From positions 750,001-782,000 of the forward strand of contig NC_000916.1 of the NCBI RefSeq assembly GCF_000008645.1: a stretch of 32,000 nt of DNA. Reading direction: 5' to 3'. The translations under genes and the position numbers were made by a program. This document shows positions 25,652 to 32,000 of the stretch, piece after piece. Position 1 is the stretch's first letter. Every line of letters begins with the position of its first letter. The notes under the pieces are model-generated. The model worked only from the letters and a program-made list of their open reading frames with translations. It made no database searches and was not told the origin of the DNA. This stretch comes from Methanothermobacter thermautotrophicus str. Delta H (GTDB lineage: Archaea; Methanobacteriota; Methanobacteria; Methanobacteriales; Methanothermobacteraceae).

Positions 25652-26827
25652 TCATAAAACTGAAACTATATGGCGTGCCAGACGCCTTGCAAGTGCCATT
25701 ATGGTAAGTATGGGTGGAGCACCAGGCGCTGCTGGCAGCACACTCGCATCGGCCACAAAGAGGCCCTCAATGGAGGTCTCCAGGTTCTCATCAACAACCT
25801 CCCCCAGGGAAGCGGTACCACCAGGGTGGGCCCCCCTGGGTCTCGTGGACCTCAACGTGCCCGCCCCAACACCGGCCCGTGAGAGTATGCTCCCTGCAAT
25901 GGCTGCACCCCCTGAGAGGAGACTGATGTCCCTGACGGTGTGGTGCTTGACAATCCTGTCGGCCTCCACACGTCCAGATCTCTCATCGGCTATCTTAACC
26001 ATGATACCCAGGACGTTCCTCCTATCATCCTCAGGGAACAGGAGGGTTGAGAAGTGGGGTGAGAGTATAACACCATCAAGTTCTATGAGGGCGTTCATCT
26101 GGACCTCATCACAGAACCCAACCCCCTCAAGTATACCCCCCACGGTCACAAAGGTGTCCATGAAGAGTCCGTTACCTGCATCTATACCCGCCCTCATGAG
26201 TATCCTGGGGGTTTCGATGGCTCCAGCTGCCAGCACAACCGTTTCATCATGGAAATCTCCCCGGGATGTTCTCAGACCCGAAACTGATCCATTCCTGACA
26301 ATTATGTTCTTTGCCTCGGTTTCTTCAATGAGAACAGCCCCGTGTTCAACTGCCTCATCAAGGAATCTCCTTGCAGACCACTTAGCAGCCCTCGGGCATC
26401 CGAATGAGCATTTACCGCAGGGCCTGCATTTATCAGGGTCTATGAATTTAGGCATCTTCTTTACACCGAGACCAAGGGATTCTGCAGCATCCATTATCAG
26501 GGCTGTGCCCCTGCCGGTGTGGGTGTCTGGAAGCTCCCTTACCCTGAGTTCAGCCTCAATGGCATGGAGGTCCTCTGTTATGTCAACCCCATAGTCCTTA
26601 AGGGTGTTCTCAAGGACCCGGACGGCGTTTCCTGCGGCAACAAGGGTTGACCCTCCAGCGCAGCTTGTCCTCAAGATATCCACATCGGGAGCTTCATCAT
26701 AGCACAGGAATGCATCGGAATCCTTAACACAGGGGCCCCTCTCAATTACGGTAACGTCAATGCCCCGGATGGCAAGTTCCCTTGCAAGGGTTGCACCTCC
26801 AGCACCGGAGCCAACCACAAGGACCAT
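25652..26827 (-). CDS. GMC-like FAD-dependent oxidoreductase carrying a ferredoxin-type CxxCxxCxxxCP motif
   Basis: It has VVGSGAGGATLARELA (dinucleotide fold), CRPCGKCSFGCP (aa 134-145, nt 26393-26428) and a GMC-type C-terminus HPGGTASLG...LFVADASVLPAAPGAPPILTIMALA. The start lies 22 nt after the NIL-ferredoxin stop, with an AGAGGGA SD. Confidence 0.75.
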   Translation of the reverse strand: MVLVVGSGAGGATLARELAIRGIDVTVIERGPCVKDSDAFLCYDEAPDVDILRTSCAGGSTLVAAGNAVRVLENTLKDYGVDITEDLHAIEAELRVRELPDTHTGRGTALIMDAAESLGLGVKKMPKFIDPDKCRPCGKCSFGCPRAAKWSARRFLDEAVEHGAVLIEETEAKNIIVRNGSVSGLRTSRGDFHDETVVLAAGAIETPRILMRAGIDAGNGLFMDTFVTVGGILEGVGFCDEVQMNALIELDGVILSPHFSTLLFPEDDRRNVLGIMVKIADERSGRVEADRIVKHHTVRDISLLSGGAAIAGSILSRAGVGAGTLRSTRPRGAHPGGTASLGEVVDENLETSIEGLFVADASVLPAAPGAPPILTIMALARRLARHIVSVL

Positions 26828-26849
26828 GATAGTTCCCTCTTTTCAGCTA

Positions 26850-27236
26850 TCAATCAAGCAGCACTATGGCCTTTGTGGGGCAGGAGTTTACACAGAAGCT
26901 GCAGCCGATACATTTCCTGTCATCGAGGACTATCTCCCAGTCATCCTCGATACATATGGCGCCAACCGGGCAGAGGGATACGCAGGCACCACAGTCCATG
27001 CACTTCTCACGGTCCTTCTTAACGACCCTCACTGCGGGGTGCACCTCTATACCGGCCTCCTCTATGAAGTCTATCCCCTCCCTCTCCTCGGGGCCGCTGA
27101 TCTCAACAAGCATCTTACCCCCACGGGGTGTGATGTTTGCCCTCAGGATGTTGAACTCGATGTCATACTTCTTTATGGCTTCTGATATTATTGACTTGTT
27201 AACAATGTTCGGTGAGAATTTAAGCCAGGCCTTCAT
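26850..27236 (-). CDS. NIL-domain / 2x[4Fe-4S] ferredoxin protein (MA1822-type partner in homocysteine biosynthesis)
   Basis: 128 aa. The N-terminal NIL-like half is [20 protein letters not shown]...MLVEISG. Then come [12 protein letters not shown] and [12 protein letters not shown]. The start overlaps the upstream stop (ATGA). Confidence 0.8.
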   Translation of the reverse strand: MKAWLKFSPNIVNKSIISEAIKKYDIEFNILRANITPRGGKMLVEISGPEEREGIDFIEEAGIEVHPAVRVVKKDREKCMDCGACVSLCPVGAICIEDDWEIVLDDRKCIGCSFCVNSCPTKAIVLLD

Positions 27237-28777
27237 ATTGATTCTCCCCTCTTATCAACTTTCCCTATTAACCTTGAAATGTCCTCCGCGGTCACTATAC
27301 CCTTAACGCGGTTTTCATCATCAACTATGGGTAAACCTGAAATGTTATACTTATCTATGCGTCTTGCAACAACGTCCACGGGCTCATTTTCCCTTGCAAC
27401 AACCACCTTGCGGGTCATGATATCCCTGAGTTTCCTCTTACCCCTTGCCACGGCGTCTGCAATGTCCCATGATGTTACGATACCCCTCAGGACGCCCTCA
27501 CTGTCAACGACGGGTATGTGGTTTATGTTATTGTCAACCATCTTCCTGGCCACATCCTTAAGGTCGTCCTCCTGGTGGGTTATGATGACCGGTTTGCTCT
27601 CAAGTTCCCGCACCATGATGGAGGGTCTTCTTATCTCAAGGGGTCGGGTGGCTGATCTTGAGGGTAGGCGCTTAACTGGCTCTGTGAGCAGGAAGTCGCC
27701 CCTTTCAATCCATGATTTGAGTTCCTCTGCAATCTTCAGGGCCCTCCTGATTGATGAGAGTGGTGATGCCGGGACCTCCATGCCATTTATTTCAATCTTC
27801 CCTGATCTGAGCTCCTTATAATTGGTCTCCTTAATCACGGGCCTTGATCTCCCTGGTACACCATAATCAATGACCCTGCAGACTATATCCTCATCTGATA
27901 TTCCTGTTGAAGCCGCTATGTCCTCGTTGAGTACTGGTATGGGTATCCCTGCGCCCACGTAGAGTGTTGGGCCGTACCTGGGCATTGTGGCTCCCCTCAC
28001 ATATTCTGGATCCATCTCCTTCATGTTACCCTTCAGCATGAGGGTGCCTGATGGTGAAACAGGTACACCATTTCTCCTCTCAGCCTCTGTTGAGTGCTGG
28101 GTACCCTCCCCCACTATGTAGCCCTCTGCGCCGCAGAGGAATATCCTTGTGCCGACACCTATGGTCTGGAAGTAGGGGTCATTCAGGAGGGGACTGAGCT
28201 CCCCCGCACTGGAGTAGGTGACGTTTCCATAGTTGGGGAGCAGTGTTCCCATGTAGGTGTAGAGTGTCTCCTCTGTGGAGTTGACCGCCACTGCATAGTT
28301 CTGGTAGCAGTTCCTCGGGTTAACCATGACCGCCTGGTTTATGGTCTCAAGGCTTATGAGGGTTTCAACATTCTTGAGGGGGTAGCAGTCTGTTCCATAG
28401 GCCTCTGCCACCAGTTCAACCTCCTTCCCCCTTATGAGGTCCTCTATTACATGTGAGCCCCCATAGTCAAGCCCTATGTCGGGGTCACGGTTTGGCTGTG
28501 TTGCGCCTATGTAGGCGTCAACTGCCGCGAGTCCAGAGTAAGCCTCAACACCATTGAGGTAGGTCCTTGACATCTTTATGGGAGGATCTGAGTGTCCGAA
28601 GTTGAGGAAAGCGCCTGATGAACACATAGCACCAAATGTACCTGTTGTAACAACATCAACTTCCTTTGCAGCGTCCATGGGGCCGTTTTCAGCAACTATC
28701 CTTGTCATTTCGGCTGCGGTGACAACCACAGCATCCCCATCCCTGATCTTCTGGTTTATCTCCTCAATTGTCTTCAA
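27233..28777 (-). CDS. COG1900/DUF39 homocysteine-biosynthesis (sulfur incorporation) protein with a C-terminal CBS pair (MA1821/MJ0100 type)
   Basis: 514 aa. The N-terminus is [24 protein letters not shown]...[23 protein letters not shown]. The C-terminal ~130 aa carry two CBS motifs ([20 protein letters not shown]; [20 protein letters not shown]). Confidence 0.8.
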   Translation of the reverse strand: MKTIEEINQKIRDGDAVVVTAAEMTRIVAENGPMDAAKEVDVVTTGTFGAMCSSGAFLNFGHSDPPIKMSRTYLNGVEAYSGLAAVDAYIGATQPNRDPDIGLDYGGSHVIEDLIRGKEVELVAEAYGTDCYPLKNVETLISLETINQAVMVNPRNCYQNYAVAVNSTEETLYTYMGTLLPNYGNVTYSSAGELSPLLNDPYFQTIGVGTRIFLCGAEGYIVGEGTQHSTEAERRNGVPVSPSGTLMLKGNMKEMDPEYVRGATMPRYGPTLYVGAGIPIPVLNEDIAASTGISDEDIVCRVIDYGVPGRSRPVIKETNYKELRSGKIEINGMEVPASPLSSIRRALKIAEELKSWIERGDFLLTEPVKRLPSRSATRPLEIRRPSIMVRELESKPVIITHQEDDLKDVARKMVDNNINHIPVVDSEGVLRGIVTSWDIADAVARGKRKLRDIMTRKVVVARENEPVDVVARRIDKYNISGLPIVDDENRVKGIVTAEDISRLIGKVDKRGESI

Positions 28778-28801
28778 TTATACCACATCCGGTGCTATCC
28801 A

Positions 28802-28874
28802 TAAATGAACTGATTACTGGTATATGGATGTTCATTTAAATATTTTGAGTTCACAGAACCACTGCATGTGAACT
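28802..28874. promoter_or_regulatory. Two inverted repeats sharing a GTTCA/TGAAC core, in the divergent promoter between the homocysteine operon and tldD
   Basis: TAAATGAAC (28802-28810) pairs with GTTCATTTA (28830-28838). AGTTCAC (28848-28854) pairs with GTGAACT (28868-28874). TATA-like TTTAAATATT sits at about 28835-28844. Confidence 0.4.
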
Positions 28875-28949
28875 TCAGTGTGACATCAAAAGAATCATAA
28901 GCACCCACCTACAGAATTAATAAGAGAAACTTTTGAAGGCTGATGGGAA

Positions 28950-30314
28950 ATGGAGATTGACACTGATTATCTTGGCAGCATACTCATGGACATAGAGGAT
29001 AGGGTGGAATATGCAGATATAAGGGCTGGCACCTCCCGGACCAGTTCCATTCTGATGAAGGACGGTAAACTGCAGGAGGTTAAATCCGGGAGAGCCTCTG
29101 GTTTCAGGATAAGGGTGCTGAGGAATGGTTCATGGGGATTCGCCTTTACAGATGAACCCTCCAGGCTCGGTGAAATGGCCCTTAAGGCCATAAAGATGAC
29201 CGGGTCCCTCAGGGGCGATGTCCAGGTGGGTTCAGGTGCCCCCTCTGTTGACAAAACCATGGTAAGGTCATCCCGGCCGCCCTCAGATGTTCCTGCAGCT
29301 GAGAAGCGGGAGCTGGTATCAGATGCACACCATGCCGCATCAGTTGATGGTGTTGTGAGCACCACTGTGAGCTACGTTGACATGGAGAGCTCATCTGCCT
29401 TCCTGAACTCAGAGGGGTCACTCATTGAGATGGCTGAGACCAGGGTCGCCCTCTTTCTAAACGCTGTTGCATCGGATGGCTCCGGGATACAGTTCGGCCA
29501 CAAAAGCTGCGGTGGAACCGGTGGCTTCGAAATACTGGAGAGGGAGGACATTGAGGAGCTCGGTCGCAGGACCGGTGAAAAGGCTGTTAGGCTCCTCAAG
29601 GCGAGTCCGCCGCCATCAGGACGCTTTGATATAGTAACTGACCCCGAACTTACGGGTGTATTCATACATGAGGCACTGGGGCACGCAGCCGAGGCAGACC
29701 TCATACTGCAGGGTGACTCCATACTCGAGGGTAAACTGGGGGAGAAGATTGCCTCTGAGGGTGTTACCATCATCGACGACCCTACGATTGATGGTTTTGG
29801 GAGTTACAGCTACGATGCAGAGGGTGTGAGGGCCGCTGAAACCGTTCTAGTGGAGAACGGCGTCCTCACTTCACTCCTTAACTCCAGGGAAACAGCCTTC
29901 AAACTTGGTCTTGAACCATCAGGGAATGCCCGTTCAGCCATAGGGGACCAGCCCATTGTCAGGATGAGCAACACATACCTCAAACCAGGCGATTTATCCT
30001 TCGATGAACTCATAGAGGATATCCGGAATGGTGTCTACCTGAGGGGTTCAAGGGGGGGCCAGGTGGATACCGGTAAGGGCATCTTCCAGTTCAATGCTGC
30101 TGAGTCATTCCGTATACAGGATGGTGAAATTGCAGAACCCGTCAAGGATGTCTCCCTCTCAGGAAACGTCCTGGAGACCCTCAAAAATGTTGACGGGGTT
30201 GGTTCAGACTTCAGGCTGGGGATTGGCTTCTGCGGGAAATCCGGGCAGAGCGTCCCTGTGGGCGATGGGGGCCCCCACGTGAGGATAAGGAATGCCATGG
30301 TGGGTGGAACATGA
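28950..30314 (+). CDS. tldD: TldD/PmbA-family metalloprotease (TldD type, HExxxH present)
   Basis: 454 aa. It has [13 protein letters not shown] (HExxxH) and the C-terminal [21 protein letters not shown] typical of the family. Confidence 0.8.
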   Translation: MEIDTDYLGSILMDIEDRVEYADIRAGTSRTSSILMKDGKLQEVKSGRASGFRIRVLRNGSWGFAFTDEPSRLGEMALKAIKMTGSLRGDVQVGSGAPSVDKTMVRSSRPPSDVPAAEKRELVSDAHHAASVDGVVSTTVSYVDMESSSAFLNSEGSLIEMAETRVALFLNAVASDGSGIQFGHKSCGGTGGFEILEREDIEELGRRTGEKAVRLLKASPPPSGRFDIVTDPELTGVFIHEALGHAAEADLILQGDSILEGKLGEKIASEGVTIIDDPTIDGFGSYSYDAEGVRAAETVLVENGVLTSLLNSRETAFKLGLEPSGNARSAIGDQPIVRMSNTYLKPGDLSFDELIEDIRNGVYLRGSRGGQVDTGKGIFQFNAAESFRIQDGEIAEPVKDVSLSGNVLETLKNVDGVGSDFRLGIGFCGKSGQSVPVGDGGPHVRIRNAMVGGT

Positions 30315-30889
30315 AGTACGCGCCATTATCCCGGGATGAAGGTAGAACTCTTGTTAAAATCGCGAGGATGGCCATAGAGGAGCACCTGCGTGGATCAAAA
30401 AACCTCAGACTCCCTGATGATCTCCCTGATGTTTTCAGGCAAAGAAGAGGAGTTTTCGTTACACTTGAGAAGAAAGGGAATCTGAGGGGATGTATAGGTT
30501 ATCCAGAACCGGTGAAACCCCTGATAGATGCCCTTATTGAGGCCGCCATATCTGCTGCGACAGGTGACCCCAGATTTCCCCCTGTTAAACCTGAGGAGCT
30601 CGATGATATAGATGTTGAGGTCAGTGTACTGACACCACCGGAGCCCCTTGAGGTTGAAAGCCCGGCAGATTACCCCAGCCTCATAAGGGTCGGTGTCGAC
30701 GGTCTGATCGTTGAGAGGGGATGGGCCAGGGGACTTCTCCTTCCACAGGTCGCCACGGAGTGGGGCTGGGACGCTGAGGAGTTCCTCTGCAACACATGTA
30801 TGAAGGCGGGTCTTCCGCCAGACTGCTTCTATGACCCTGAAACCAGAGTCTACAGGTTCCAGGCCCAGATATTCCATGAAGATGGTTAA
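30311..30889 (+). CDS. AMMECR1-domain protein
   Basis: 192 aa with [22 protein letters not shown] and [14 protein letters not shown] motifs. The ATG overlaps the tldD stop (ATGA at 30311-30314). Confidence 0.8.
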   Translation: MKYAPLSRDEGRTLVKIARMAIEEHLRGSKNLRLPDDLPDVFRQRRGVFVTLEKKGNLRGCIGYPEPVKPLIDALIEAAISAATGDPRFPPVKPEELDDIDVEVSVLTPPEPLEVESPADYPSLIRVGVDGLIVERGWARGLLLPQVATEWGWDAEEFLCNTCMKAGLPPDCFYDPETRVYRFQAQIFHEDG

Positions 30890-30990
30890 AGTTCATGCTG
30901 AAGCTAACTGCTCATGAGGGGATTAAAGATATCTCCGCACATCAAGATAAATAGATCCACAGAAGTTACAGGTTTAATGAGAGTGATTTT

Positions 30991-32000
30991 ATGATCATAC
31001 CCACAGTTCCAACAACAGATGAACTTCTTGATAAGGGATTCCGGAGGGCCAGGAAGGCCGCGTCCCTTAAACGGAGTTCAAAGATTCCTGGCCAGAAGAA
31101 GGCCAAGGTTATTGAGTCAACACGTGTCCAGACAGCATGTCAGGTCATAAGGGACCGGTTGAAGATGATAATCCAGAGAATACCTGATATAGAGTCCCTT
31201 CCAGAGTTCTACCAGGACTATATAGACGTGACCGTGGGGGTCGATGAACTCAAAAAATCCCTCGGGGCACTTAACTGGGCTGTTGGAATACTTAACCAGC
31301 TGGAATCTGATTACATGGCCCGTATAAAACGTTCAAAACCGTCTGATGCATCCCATCTGAGGCGGGAGGCCTTCGGCAGGATATCATCAGTGATAAAGAG
31401 GATCGAGGGCGACCTTGATTTTCTTGACTTTGCAAAGAATAAGTTGAGAAACATGCCCACAGTGGACCTTGACGCCTTCACGGTCGTTATAGCAGGCTTC
31501 CCCAACGTTGGAAAATCCACACTCCTCAGGACCCTCACCGGTGCAGAGCCTGAGGTGGCAGATTACCCCTTCACCACCAAGGGGATCCAGATAGGTCACC
31601 TTGAGCGGAAATGGAAGAGGATACAGGTTATAGACACACCGGGGCTCCTGGACAGACCGGTTGAGGATATGAACAACATAGAACTCCAGGCCATGGTTGC
31701 CCTTGAGAACATAGCAGATGTGATAATGTTCATCTTTGACGCCTCTGAAACATGTGGATACACCCTTGAAAGCCAGTACAGCCTTTACCTCGGCATAAGG
31801 AGCGTCTTTGACATCCCTGTGGTCACGGTCTTCAACAAGATGGATCTTGCAGAAAATGTTAAGTATCTGGAAGAATATATTAATATGGTTGAAGATCCAC
31901 TGAAAGTTTCTGCATTCGAGGGCAGAGGGGTCTCCAAGATAATAAAAAAACTGGAGGGGTTATATGAAAAAGAAACTCGAGAAGCCCATGACAATGTTTG
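30991..32000 (+). CDS. Nog1/MMR-HSR1-type GTP-binding protein; the 3' end runs off the right edge and the gene is absent from the supplied ORF track
   Basis: Manual translation from ATG 30991 (SD GAGTGAT) is open to the window end. It reads [25 protein letters not shown]..., then G1 [10 protein letters not shown]3 DTPGL and G4 NKMD. Confidence 0.8.
   Translation, partial: MIIPTVPTTDELLDKGFRRARKAASLKRSSKIPGQKKAKVIESTRVQTACQVIRDRLKMIIQRIPDIESLPEFYQDYIDVTVGVDELKKSLGALNWAVGILNQLESDYMARIKRSKPSDASHLRREAFGRISSVIKRIEGDLDFLDFAKNKLRNMPTVDLDAFTVVIAGFPNVGKSTLLRTLTGAEPEVADYPFTTKGIQIGHLERKWKRIQVIDTPGLLDRPVEDMNNIELQAMVALENIADVIMFIFDASETCGYTLESQYSLYLGIRSVFDIPVVTVFNKMDLAENVKYLEEYINMVEDPLKVSAFEGRGVSKIIKKLEGLYEKETREAHDNV

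Noticed and set aside
25701-26594. A 297-aa ORF, plus smaller ones at 25670 and 25714, antisense to the GMC-like oxidoreductase gene.
   Set aside because: These are shadow ORFs in a GC-rich coding region. The translation is Pro/Ser/Ala/Arg-rich and motif-free. The opposite strand carries the dinucleotide-binding, FeS and GMC C-terminal motifs.
1-32000. I looked for CRISPR arrays, tRNA/rRNA genes, IS elements, integrases, toxin-antitoxin or restriction-modification style defence genes.
   Set aside because: I saw no regularly spaced repeats beyond the two-copy duplications described. There are no tRNA-like T-arm or acceptor signatures in the intergenic gaps. I found no transposase, integrase or nuclease-methylase motifs. 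The window reads as core genome.

Overview
This is a dense chromosomal segment of roughly 90% coding sequence. It looks like core genome of a Methanothermobacter-type methanogen (Methanobacteriales, pseudomurein cell wall). Supporting signs are about 50% GC, AGG/ATA-rich codon usage, GGTGAT/GGAGG ribosome-binding sites, oligo-T terminators and many methanogen-specific genes.

I call 32 protein-coding genes. Two of them run off the window edges and are missing from the supplied ORF track: a MiaB/MtaB-type methylthiotransferase at 1..1232 (-) and a Nog1-type GTPase at 30991..32000 (+). I found no rRNA, tRNA, CRISPR array, IS element or prophage.

Gene content:
- Cofactor biosynthesis: hacB, mptG, mfnD, an mfnF-like gene, ribL.
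- Lipid genes: carS and an MJ0619/Tes-type radical SAM gene.
- Nucleotide-sugar genes: wecB and wecC.
- Housekeeping: pcm, truA, hisA, argC, pyrI, secD, secF, tldD.
- The COG1900 + NIL-ferredoxin homocysteine-synthesis pair.
- Several secreted or envelope proteins: a transglutaminase-core protein, a CWB2-like/pseudomurein-binding-repeat protein, and two HxxE..H putative zinc hydrolases.

I do not see a defence island or an obviously new multi-gene system. The leads most worth follow-up are:
1. A third, co-transcribed FAD/4Fe-4S oxidoreductase in the homocysteine operon.
2. Single-base frame disruptions in secF and in a DUF460 RNase-H-like/coiled-coil gene.
3. A TrkA-C-like C-terminal extension on WecB.
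4. A Tyr/Lys/Arg alternating tract in the transglutaminase-like protein.
5. A CWB2-like + PMBR secreted protein with an unassigned central domain.
6. Structured repeat and palindrome content in three intergenic regions: upstream of argC, the pyrI 3' junction, and the tldD/homocysteine-operon divergent promoter.

All homology statements come from reading motifs by eye. No database search was run.
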